This document shows, one piece after another, positions 1-10,169 of a stretch of DNA of 64,000 nt. The translations under genes and the position numbers were made by a program. The number at the start of each line of letters is the position of its first letter. The stretch's first letter is position 1. The notes beneath the pieces were generated by a model. It was not told where the DNA came from. It ran no database searches and was given only the letters and a program-made list of their open reading frames with translations. Source of the stretch: an uncultured Planctomycetota bacterium (lineage in GTDB: Bacteria > Planctomycetota > Planctomycetia > Gemmatales > Gemmataceae); NCBI GenBank assembly GCA_963849325.1, contig CAWKHF010000007.1:288001-352000 (forward strand), read 5' to 3'.

Positions 1-943
1 CTTCTAGCTCTTTCCAGCGGGCCACATCCTCCGCGGCGGTCAGGACCGGTTTCGCCTGCGTCCGCGGCACAACCGAAATCGGCGTTGGTAGGAGGGTCCG
101 TTCAATCGGCTTCTCGATCACCCCCTTGGTAATGGGCACCATCTTTTGGTCGGCGGCCGCCTGACCCGGCTTGGCCATTTTCTTCAAAGCTTGTGCCTGG
201 CCGCGATGATAAGCGCGGACCAGCAGGTCTCGATTCGCCTCGGAGCTGGCCTGAGCGTTTTTAGCGACCGCACAAAGAAGGCTGAGTTGAGCCACATATC
301 CGGACTCGGTGTATATCCCCGGCAGTGCATCCACCACCAAACCGTCGGGAGTGCAGACCGAGCTGAGGATGTTGCCGTGGAGGGTGCGGGTCAGCACCTT
401 GCCGTTGCCGAAGTCGATCCGCACGATCGGCACCGGACGCACGCTCTCCCACACAGGCTCGAACGATTGGTTGATGAAGTCGGCGACGCGGTCCTGGGAG
501 AACAACACGGTTCTCGCGAGACGAGCGTTCGTTCAGCAGAAGCGGTCGTCGAGCCGGCCCATCATCTGAAAGAGCAGCACGGGCTTGCCCGACTTCTTCG
601 CCGCCGCGCAGGCCGTGTCCAAATCCTTGTGCCAGCGGACCTTGCCGGGCTGGACCTTGGGGTTGACGAACGTATCACCGGGAGGGGTCGCGGCCGGGAC
701 GGTTCGCGCGGCCAACACCTTCTCGGTGGGGACTTCGATGACGTATTTGCTGAAATCGCGTATGTCGATGACGTTCGGGACGTTCGGTGCCGGTGCGGCC
801 ACGAGGTTCATGGCCGGCTGCGGGGTGGGCGGCTTCGGGGGTCTGTCGCCGGCGAAGGCACGCGCCAGGAGTAGGACGGTCAGTCCGACCACTCCGACTT
901 CCACGATACACGAGAGACGATGGCGCCGTAGGGTTCGTTTCAT
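1..943 (-). CDS. Putative secreted thioredoxin-fold selenoprotein (SelN-like, Cys-Sec motif); in-frame TGA at 533-535; runs off the window edge
   Basis: GGAGG RBS then ATG at 943; signal-peptide-like N-terminus; thioredoxin-like WHKDLDTACAAAKKSGKPVLLF; then GRLDDRFC-TGA-TNARLARTVLFSQDRVADFINQSFEPVWESVRPVPIVRIDFGNGK... with no further stop to position 1. Confidence 0.75.
491..522 (-). promoter_or_regulatory. Candidate bacterial SECIS hairpin
   Basis: mRNA GUCU-CGC-GAGAAC-(CGUGUU)-GUUCUC-CCA-GGAC starting at nt 11 after the UGA; perfect 6-bp upper stem, G at loop position 2, 4-bp lower stem. Confidence 0.5.
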
Positions 944-1070
944 GACAAGAATCCTCCAGTACGGGATTAACCGGCTCGGAAGGCGAGCAACGGGTTTCCG
1001 GGAGGATTCTACCCGCGGACGTGGGAGGATTGCGCAACAAGTTGGTAACGAGTGAAGGGAGGTCTCGGCG

Positions 1071-1612
1071 CTACTGGATGCGGAGGCTGCGGACGTACTC
1101 GGCCTCGCGGGCGATCTCCCCGTCGGAGAGGCCATCTTGCCGCTGGTCATGTCCAGGGCCATGACGTCGATCAGGCCGTTGCTGCCGACGCCGCCGCGCA
1201 CCTGCACCGGCGCGGCTCGGCCCGGCTGTAATCTCTCCGCGCGGTACAGCCCCGCAAGATCGCGCAAGCTGTCCGCATAGCACGGATTCGCCGTCGAAGG
1301 AGACGAACGGATCGGTGATGGTGTCATCGCCGGCGGCGACGAGGACTTCCTCGCGGCCGTTGGGATGGAGCAACATCAGGTCCGAACCCGGCTCCCCTCG
1401 CAGCGGGCTGAACACTTCCGTCCAGGCGATTTGCTTGTCGTCGCCCCGGCGCGGTGCCCGCACGTAGACGAGGTCGTAGTCGTAGCGAATGGATTGGTCG
1501 GCCGCGAGGGGCGGCGGGTTGACGTTGTACACGCGGTTTTTTTGTCCGGCCCGGCCGAAACCATCGCCGACAGAAGGGCCATCACCAGGATGGCAAAAGC
1601 GACTCGCTTCAC
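1071..1612 (-). pseudogene. Truncated/frameshifted secreted protein; N-terminus resembles HzsA/TolB-like beta-propeller proteins
   Basis: Signal peptide MKRVAFAILVMALLSAMVSAG (1376..1612 ORF) continues in another frame as YDYDLVYVRAPRRGDD...GSDLMLLHPNGREEVLV...DPFVSFDG, then decays. Confidence 0.5.
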
Positions 1613-1639
1613 CGTCTTCTCCCCTCGGAAGTACCAGGT

Positions 1640-2995
1640 TTACTTGTTTGCAACCGCTCCAGGTAGCGCGGCAACCGGCACGGGAACCAGCGATTGGAGG
1701 AGTTTACCGCTGGGCAATTCGTAAAGCTGAACGAGTCCGCTCTTGCTACCCAGGGCGAGGCGCGAGCCGTTGGCATTGAGCGATACCGCGTACACCGGGG
1801 CGGGCGCCTTGCTGAGGAGGGCGACGCGCTGACGGTTGGCGATCTGGTAGACACGAACTTCGCCGAAATGGCCGGCGACGGCCACGAGCTTGCGATCGCC
1901 GCTGACGCCGAGGGCGTGGACCTCGCCCGGTTGCGCCTCGAAGTTGCCGGCATATTGATTGCGCGGGACGCCGCTCAGAGCGGTCTTCAAGGTGTAGGCG
2001 CTGAGGGTCCGCGCCCGGCCGGCCGAGATCGCATAGAGATCGTTGGCGGCCACGGCGCCGATCAACTCCGGCGAACTGTCGATGGTCCGCAGCAACTCGC
2101 CGGTCTGGGCGCTGGCGACCTTGGTGGCCTTGTCGCGTCCACCGCTGACGAGCATCTTGCCGTCGGGCGTGTAGGCGACCGACAACACCCAATCGCTGTG
2201 CAGCTCGAAACGGCGGAGCGGCTGCTTCGGGTCAACGGGGACGACGTACACGGCGCCGTCGGCGCCGCCCAGGGCGATCGCTTGGCCGTCGGGAGCGAAG
2301 TTGCCGCGAAAGAGCGTGTCCTTGCCGATACGGCGAGCGGAGACGAGTCGGCCGTCCGCCGGGTCGAGGAAGCGAGCCTCGCCATACTGACCGGGCGTGC
2401 CGCCGACGGCCGCCAACAGCTTGCCGTCCGGGCTGAACTCGACGTGTGTGACCAGGTCGCTGGCCGTCGGCACGCGCGCGGTCGGCGCCGTTCCCTCCAC
2501 GTCCACCAGGACGACCTCACTGCGGCAAGCCGCCGCCAGGCGCTTGCCGTCGCCCGACAGCGCCACGCTCGTGACCGCCGGCGCGAACGTGTACGTCTTG
2601 GGAGCCTTGATTTCGATGCGCGGCTTGTCGGCCGGCGAGTCATCGGGAGCGCCGACCGCGATCCACTTGCGGAGTATCTCGATCTTTTGAGGCGACAAAG
2701 GTGGCTGCTTCTGCGGCATGGCCGGCTCGGGGCCGCTGATGGCCTCGATCAGCAGGCTATCCTCGGGCTTGCCGGCCTGGAACAACGGGCCGCTGCGGCC
2801 ACCCTTGCGCATGTCGGCGACCGTGTCCAGGCTCAACTTGCCCTTTGGCTTGGCCGAGGAGTGACAACCCCAGCAGTGTCGTTTCAAGATCGGCTGCACC
2901 TCGTTGCGATAGCTGACCGCCGGCTCGGCGCTCCGCGCCGGCAGGACCATCCCGAGAAACAGACTTGCAGTTATCAGCATCGAGCGGCGTCGCAT
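1640..2995 (-). CDS. Planctomycete cytochrome c (PSCyt1) domain + WD40-repeat protein
   Basis: Signal peptide, PILKRHCWGCH heme motif, MP...WI..GA, followed by WD40 repeats (FSPDGKLLA, VAYTPDGKMLVSGGRD). Confidence 0.9.
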   Translation of the reverse strand: MRRRSMLITASLFLGMVLPARSAEPAVSYRNEVQPILKRHCWGCHSSAKPKGKLSLDTVADMRKGGRSGPLFQAGKPEDSLLIEAISGPEPAMPQKQPPLSPQKIEILRKWIAVGAPDDSPADKPRIEIKAPKTYTFAPAVTSVALSGDGKRLAAACRSEVVLVDVEGTAPTARVPTASDLVTHVEFSPDGKLLAAVGGTPGQYGEARFLDPADGRLVSARRIGKDTLFRGNFAPDGQAIALGGADGAVYVVPVDPKQPLRRFELHSDWVLSVAYTPDGKMLVSGGRDKATKVASAQTGELLRTIDSSPELIGAVAANDLYAISAGRARTLSAYTLKTALSGVPRNQYAGNFEAQPGEVHALGVSGDRKLVAVAGHFGEVRVYQIANRQRVALLSKAPAPVYAVSLNANGSRLALGSKSGLVQLYELPSGKLLQSLVPVPVAALPGAVANK

Positions 2996-3027
2996 GGCCC
3001 GGATCTCCAATCCTCGTGGCGGGACAG

Positions 3028-5486
3028 TTAATGGACCAGGAGGAAATCCTTGCTGTTGAGCAGCGCCCACATCAAATCCTGGGCCGCCTCCGTCCGTTTC
3101 GCGCTGCCATAGGTTTGGAACAACTGGAGCGACACCTGCTTTTCCTTGTCGCCGGGTCGGCGGCACAGTGACCACAGGTAGATCTGTTCGACCAACTGCT
3201 CGTCACTCGGTTTCGCCTTGAGGAGTTGAGCGAGCCGGCCGTTGGCGGCGTTGACGCGGTTGACGATGACGTTGCCGTTGAGGAAGTGCAGCGCTTGTAG
3301 CATGTTCGAGCCGTCGTCGCGTTCGCACTCGCACGCCTCGACGCGCTGCGGCTTGCCGAACAGGTTGAGGAATTCGCTCTGGACCTCGGCATCGGGCAGC
3401 TGCTTGGCCGTGAACCCCGCCGGTGCCCCGCCGAAACGCTCGGGGACGCCCGTGGCCTGTACCAGTGCGTCGAGCAGCGACTCGGCCGGCAGCCGGCGTG
3501 GCACCATCCGCGAAAAGTTCATGTCGTCCTCGGCATTGGTTTCGTTGGGGATGCTGCTGCGCTGGTAAGTGCGTGAGTTCACGATGGTCCGCATCAGATG
3601 GCGAACGTCGAACTGATGGGCGACGAAATCTTTCGTCAAGGCGTCGAGCAACTCGGGATTGACGGGCGGGTTCGTGGTGCGGATGTCGTCCACCGGGTCG
3701 ATGATGCCGCGATGGAAAAAATAGCTCCAGACGCGATTGGTCAGGCTGCGAGCGAAGAACGGATTGTCCGGCGACGTCAGCCACTTCGCATAGGCTTCGC
3801 GGCGATCGACGTTAAGAAGGTCGATGTCCGCGCCGCCGAGGAAACGCGGTTTTTGCAGCTGTCCCGAGCGCGGGTTGCGCGAATAGCCGGCCGTCTTGCG
3901 GACGAGGATGGCCCGCGCCGTGGGACGCTGGGGAGTCGCGGGTCGTCCTTGGCGGCGACCTGGTTGAAGAAACTGTGCAGACCGTAGTAATCGGCCTGCG
4001 TCCAGTTCTCGAAGGGGTGGGCATGGCAGCGGGCGCAGAGCATACGGATGCCACAGAAGACCTGCGTGACGCGCTGCAAGGAGTCGTCGGCGTCCTTGCT
4101 GATGGCAAAATACGCCGACGCCGGATCGTCGGCGACGCCGCCGCGGCTGGTCAGCAGGCGACGGGCGAACTCGTCCAACGGCATGTTCGAGGCGACGACG
4201 CCGCGCAGCCACTCGCGCAGGGCGTACACAGCCGGTTCGCTCAAATGCTTGCGGCTGTTCTGCAACAGGTCGCCCCATTTCAGCGACCATTGATCGACAA
4301 ACTCCGGCCGTCGAAACAGGACATCGATGACCTTCGTGCGCTTGTCCGATCCTTTATCGCTCAGAAAGGCGAGTACCTCGTCGGCAGTCGGCTGGACGCC
4401 GATTAGGTCGAGATGGACGCGGCGGAGGAAGGTGACGTCGTCGGCCAATTCGGATGGCTGAAGGCGCAGATCGTTGAGCTTGCGGGCGACGAACTTGTCG
4501 ATGAGATTGTCCTCGGGCGGCGGCGCCGGTTGGAAGCTGGGGTTGGGCTTGAGGACGATGAAATTGGCCGTGGCGAAGACGCGCTCGAAGCGAGCGGATA
4601 CCGCCGTCTCGCCCAGCTCGCGGGCGGTGACAAGTCCGGCTTCCTCGACGCTGGCGACGCGCTCGGTGTTGACGGTGTAGATGCCCAGGCGCGTCACGTC
4701 GCGGACGCTGCCGTCGCTGTAGCGGGCGAGCAGTTGCAACGGGTGCTGCATACCGGGTGAAAGGACCACTTTTTGCGGAACGATGTCGAGGCCGACCATC
4801 TTGACCGGGTCGTCGAGGTCGGCTCGCGCCCCTTCGCGGACCCAGCCGAACAGCGCTTGATGCAGCAGGCCGTCGCGCGGGAAGCGGATGCCTCCCTCGT
4901 GCGGCACGTCACCGAGCGGCTTGGTCAACAGCAGACTGGCCGGCGGGTTGTGGCGGTTGACGCGGCGCTCGAAAAACTCGTCGGTGAGCCATTGGTAATC
5001 GTCGGCCGGGTCGGCGCCGCGCAGCGACAGTTTGAAGCCGTTCTTGCCGAGAGAATAGCCGTGGCACGCCCCCTGATTGCAACCGCCCTTGGACAGGACC
5101 GGCATGACCTCGTGACGAAAACTGTAGGGCGGTTCCTTTCCGGGCAGCTGGACCTCGACCTTGACCACGGCCGACTTGCCCCCGGCCGCGATGGTGATGT
5201 CGGCACGGCCCGAGCCGATCGGCCGCGCCCAACCGTGTACATCGACCTTGACCACCTTGTCGTTGCTGGAGCGATAAGCCGCCTGCGCCGTCAGGTCGAG
5301 CGACAGGCCGTCGGCGGATCGGCCGGCGACAAGCAGGGAGTGCGGCCGGCGCGGATGCGTCAGCCGCAGCGACGCCGGTTGCACGCGCAGGTCGCCCACC
5401 GGAACAGGCGGCGCCGCGGCCTGGACCGCCATTGCCGCCAGCAGACTTCCGACGATCCCGTATCCACTTCGCATCGGCGTGAACAT
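3028..5486 (-). CDS. DUF1549/DUF1553 protein with Ig-like domains (frameshift near 3910-3950)
   Basis: GCNQGACHG, FLRRVHLDLIG, CARCHAHPFENWT, NRVWSYFFHRGIIDPVDD, CECER, WALLNSKDFL across two overlapping ORFs. Confidence 0.9.
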
Positions 5487-5509
5487 ATCTTGCTTCTCCG
5501 CGCGATCGG

Positions 5510-7854
5510 TTACTTCTTCGCGGACGCTGCCGGTTGCGTGAACCGCACACGCACCGTCACGGAATCACTCCGGTTGAGCAGCGGCGTGGTCGGACGGTAT
5601 CTCCCCGTGGCGAAGACTTCGAGCGCGTTCCACTCCAGCGCCTTGAAGGTGCCGGGGAACCGCAGAGTCAGCTGGAAGTCGGTCTTCTCCGCCTTGACGA
5701 CTGCCGACGGCACGGCGACCCCCGCCGGCACACCGGCCAGCGACACGGTAACGTCGCCCTTGAAACCGCCCCGGCGTTCGACCTTGCCCGTCAGTTTGAC
5801 CTCGGCCCCCGTCTTCGGATCGAGCGGGACCGTGAGGGACGATGCCGCCAACTGCACGGCCAAGGGATTGAGGACGGCGAAGCGGCGCACCGGCGTGAAC
5901 GCCTGGGCAATGACCCGCGTGCGGTCCTTGCTGAGCAGATCGGCGCGGAAGGCGAGATCCTGCGGCACGCTCGGCAACGTCGCCGGCAGCACCACTACGA
6001 ACTCGCCCTGCGTCTTGCCGGCGGGCAGGTCCAGGAAGGGGCCTTGGTCCTTGCGCAGCGCCTGGTTGGGGTCGGGCCGGCCGTTGACGAGCGGCGGCCG
6101 ATGACTGCTCAAAAGATAGAATCGAACTCCTCCATGTTGTTCTTTAGGAGGCGTGAACTTCAGGGCAGCCTTGAAGGACGAACCCGCCACCAGTCGAGCG
6201 TCGTCCGGCGCATCGCCCCAGTCGGCGGTGAAGGCGAGCGTTTCCTTCGGCGTCAGGGCGACCGCCAACTCTTCCGCGAGCCAGGGTTGCAGCTTCCGCA
6301 ACGGGTGGTCCTTCTCCTGTGCCACGCACGTCCTCTTCTCCTTCGGATCGGCGCTCGTGCCGCGTAGGGACATCAAGCCCGCCGTCGGCGTCCGTCCGGT
6401 CCCCGTGAGAACGAGCAAAGCGCCATTGGCACCGGCCGGGACATCCAACCCCTGCTCCTGGACGCCGGCCGGCAAGCCATCGAGGGCGAGGCGGATCGGC
6501 CCGGCGTAGCCGCGACGCTCGACATCGACCTCGGCGACGTGATGACCGCCCATCGGTACGTTCAGCGCGGCACTCGGAAGGAACACACGAAAGTCCTTGA
6601 CGCCGGCGTCCGCGCCGATCGGCCGAACCACGACGCGGTAGATGAAATTCGCCTGGCCGCGGCCGTGCAGATCCTCGACGATGACGACGAGCGCTTGCAG
6701 ATCGACCGGCACGGTGAAATCGAGGGCTGGATCGGGACTGTCCGGCGCGTCGTCGGCCTGGGCGAGCAGGGCGCCGTTGTCGCGCTCCAGCTTCAGCACC
6801 GCGTCCATGGGCGAACCGATCCGGTCGGCGAAGACCTCGAAACGGAGCTTGGCGCCGGGCTGGACCTGGAGGCGAAATCGATCGCTCTCGCCCGGCCGGA
6901 CGATGCGGCCATTGAGGGCCGCGGGCAAGACGGTCACTTCCGCAACGCCGCCGTCCTTCTCGACAATCTCGGGCAGATCGCTGACGAGGACGCGCGGCCG
7001 CATCCCGCTGGCACTTGTCGGCTCGGACCAGGGGAGCGGCACGACGGAAGCATCGCCGTCGGCCTGGACCTGAACGCGCTGCCCGGCGCTGCTGCCGACC
7101 AGTTCGATCGTGCTCCGCGCCCCGGCGCACGGCGGGAGGGAAAACGGCGTCCACGTACTGCCAGGCGCCGAGCTTGAGCCGGACGTTTCCGGGTGCGCCG
7201 GCCGCGTACTGCGCATCGTGTACCTCGACGGTGTACAGACCATCGGCCGGCAGCGTGACCGTGAGCCGGGCGTCGCCGCCGAGCGACGGACTCGGCGCAG
7301 GCCCACGCCCGTTGTCGGCCGCGTTCGTCGTAGAGGTGCAATATCGGCTTCACCTTGCCGCCCAGCCGCTGCGCCTCGACCTCGCAGAGGACTGTCTGTC
7401 CCGCCTTGCCGGCGAACGCGGTTACGAGTTTGCCGCTGCCGGCCAGCGTCCCGTGCAGCGACACCGGCAAGTCAGCGACCTTCGGCCCCCAGGTGTGTTG
7501 CGGCAGGTGATCCACGGCCACGACGCGCCCGGCCGACACGCCGTTGGCGTTGGCCAGGCGAAGATTGTACAGTCCCGGCACCACGGCCTTGTCGAGCGTG
7601 ACCTCGATGGCGACGCGATTGGCCGTGCTCCCCGGCTGCACGACCTGCTTGACGATCGGCACGGACAGAAGGAGCTTCGGCTCGGGCAGCAAGTTTTCGC
7701 CGTCGAGGGTCAAGATGGTGCGGCCGCCGATTTGAATACCCGGCCGGTCGAGATTACGAAGCGTCGGCGGCGCCGCGCGGACAAAAGAAGGAGCCGCCAA
7801 GACGCCAAGGACACCAAGAAAAAGACGCCAAAACAATTCTCTTTTAACTCTCAT
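5510..7854 (-). CDS. Secreted PPC (pre-peptidase C-terminal)-domain protein of the DUF1501 cluster (frameshifts near 7150-7300)
   Basis: Signal peptide; CEVEAQRLGGK..P.L.LYD and FEVFADRIGSPMDAVL..DDAPDSPDP PPC-like repeats; lies between the DUF1501 and DUF1549 genes. Confidence 0.8.
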
Positions 7855-7900
7855 TCTTTGCTCTCTTATTTTTCCTTGGCGTTCTTGGCGTCTTGGCGGT
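7793..7900. repeat. Inverted repeat with 8-9-nt periodic arms (CGCCAAG units)
   Basis: gccgccaagacgccaaggacaccaag (7793-7818) versus cttggcgttcttggcgtcttggcggt (7875-7900). Confidence 0.85.
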
Positions 7901-7907
7901 TTTTCCT

Positions 7908-9299
7908 CTATGCAATCAGCTCCGGAATCGGCTCGGCCTCGATCAGGCGGATCGGCCGCCCGCCGGGGCCGGGCATCATCGTCGTGTCGAGGTCGATGCC
8001 CATGCCGTGGTAGATCGACGCCAGCACCTGCGGCGGCTCGATCGGGTAGTCGTGCGGCGCGGCGCCGATCTTGTCGGTCGAGCCGATCGACCTGGCCGCC
8101 GCGGATGTTGCCGCCGCACAGGAAGTTCGTCCAGGCGGCGGGGTAGTGGTCGCGGCCGCCGCGGCCGTTGAGCCTGCGGCGTCCGGCCGAACTCGCTGAG
8201 CACGGCCACCACCGTCTCCTGCAGCAGGCCGCGCTCTTCCAGGTCCTCGATCAGGGCGGTGAAGGCCCAGTCGAACTGCGGGCACAGGTGCCGCTCGTAA
8301 TCGAGGTAGGTGTTGTTCAGGCCGCCGCCGTCGGCGTGCATGTCCCAGCAGGAGAGGTTGAAGACCGTGTCGAAGTGGTTGACCGTGACGTAGCGGACGC
8401 CGCCCTCGATGAGCCGGCGGGCCATCAGGCAGCTCTGGCCGAAGGTGTTGCGGCCATAGCGGTCGCGCAGGCGCGTCCGGTCTCGCGGTTCAGGTCGAAC
8501 GCCTTCTTCGTCCTGCGGCGAGGTCAGCAGGCGGAAGGCGCGCTCGTAGGCGCTGTCGTGCATCTGCGTGCTGCTCGGTCTCGGTGCGGCGCTGCAGGTC
8601 GTCGAGCTGCGTCGAGCAGCTGCCGGCGGGCGTCGAGCGCGGAACTCGCTCAGCCCCTGCGGGCACTTCGAGGTCGGCGACCTGGAAGTCGGGCCGGGCC
8701 GGGTCGGCGTTGAGGAAGAACGGCTCGTGGGCGCTGCCGAGGTAGGCCGGCGGTCTGGCCGTGCAGCGGGCCGGCGCCGGTGTTGCCGATCGGGCCCGGC
8801 AGGACGACGTTCGGCCGGCAGCTCGCCCTTCGGGCCGAACACGCGCGAGATGACGCTGCCGGTGTGCGGCTTGACGCTGTCGGCGTTGAAATCGTGGCCG
8901 GTCATCATCCAGCGCTGGCCGTTCTCGTGCGTCGCGCCGGTGTTGTGGTGCAGGCTGCGGATCAGCGCCACCTTGTCCATCATCCGGGCCATGAGCGGGA
9001 AGTGCTCGCAGATCTGGATGCCGGTCACGTTGGTGCGCGATCGGCTTGAACTTGCCGCGCACCTCGGCGGGGGCGTCGGGCTTCATGTCCCAGGTGTCGA
9101 GGTGGCCCGGCGAGCCGACCAGGAAGATGCGTGATGCAGTTCTTGATCTTGGCGCGGCGCCGTCCACGGCGCCGGCCTGCTGGAGTCCGAGCAAGTTCGG
9201 CAGCGTCAGGCCGGCCATGCCGGCGGTGCCGACCTGCAAGAAACTCCGCCGCGTCATGCCCGCGCACAGCGGCACCTGGGCGTTTCCGATGTTCAGCAT
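7908..9299 (-). CDS. DUF1501 domain protein (multiple frameshifts)
   Basis: TRRSFLQVG, GSPGHLDTWDMKPDAPAEVRGKF, RDRYGRNTFGQSCLMARRLIEGGV, SEFGRTP, EPIPELIA. Confidence 0.9.
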
Positions 9300-9302
9300 G
9301 GC

Positions 9303-9629
9303 TCACTCCCTTGTCCGGGGCCTTCCAATCCGGTAGGAGACCTTGTTCGAGACGTCGATGAACTGGCTGTTGACGAATTCGCCGTCCTTGCCTTTGCGGT
9401 AATCGACATACTTCCACATTTGCAGGACGATCTCGTAATTTCCGGGCGTTGGATCGGGGTGTTCGTAGCTGTCGGAGGCGCGGGCCGGCACGGCGGCGAC
9501 CACCTTGCCGTCGCGGCGGACCAGCCATTGCAGGCGCGAGCCCCAGTCGTTGACGACCTCGCCGCGAACGACGCGGCGGCCCTCCAGGCGGACTTCCGCT
9601 TGCGGCGTTCCCTCAAACTTCTGATCCAT
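9303..9629 (-). CDS. Small hypothetical protein co-oriented with the DUF1501 operon
   Basis: GGAGG upstream; protein-like sequence (YEIVLQMWKYVDYRK...SNKVSYRI); stop adjacent to the DUF1501 start. Confidence 0.7.
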   Translation of the reverse strand: MDQKFEGTPQAEVRLEGRRVVRGEVVNDWGSRLQWLVRRDGKVVAAVPARASDSYEHPDPTPGNYEIVLQMWKYVDYRKGKDGEFVNSQFIDVSNKVSYRIGRPRTRE

Positions 9630-9929
9630 GACGACATACCTCCGCACAAAGGATCGGACGGCAGGTTCGGATCGACGGCGTGGGTTTGGTCCAGGGTCGG
9701 AAAGCTATCCGGCAGGGGCGTACAGGGGAGAGTACAAGGACCACCTAGGGCAGCGAGGGGTGATCCAAATGTGAACGATACCTCATCGTCGCGGGGAAGT
9801 CACGCGCGGAAATGCCGTCCGCAACAAAAAAAGACGCGAGGGCCGTCCATACAGCATCGCCAAGTCGGCCTGGGATGTCGAGCGCTGGGGCCGTCGGACG
9901 TGATACTGGCTGACCGTGGACCCGGCCGA

Positions 9930-10110
9930 CACGCCCAGCCGCGGCGTGCCAATTCCTGCACCACCGGCAACAGCGCTTGATGCTCCAGGTACAAGGCAAA
10001 GATGGCACGCACCCGCGTGGTCGCGTGGTTTCTTGCTCATTGACGTGCAATCGTCGGCCGCGGGGATCGAGGTCATAGCCGAGCACGGGCATGCCTCCCG
10101 ACCCTAGCGA
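9930..10110 (-). pseudogene. Large serine recombinase fragment
   Basis: GGMPVLGYDLDPRGRRLHVNEQE then, in another frame, RAIFALYLEHQALLPVVQELARRGW, typical of the recombinase domain; no intact N- or C-terminus. Confidence 0.75.
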
Positions 10111-10169
10111 AGGCATGCCGGCGACAGAGCCAAAGTTGTCGCCGACGGCGGACAGCGGGGCCGCAACCC

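Noticed and set aside
533-1327. 264-aa ORF as listed in the track
   Set aside because: The RBS and signal peptide point to ATG 943; the upstream extension overlaps a decayed gene and intergenic DNA, and the TGA end is probably recoded.
1071-1612. Anammox hydrazine synthase
   Set aside because: Only a short propeller-like N-terminal fragment of a broad family; no heme domains or hzsB/C.
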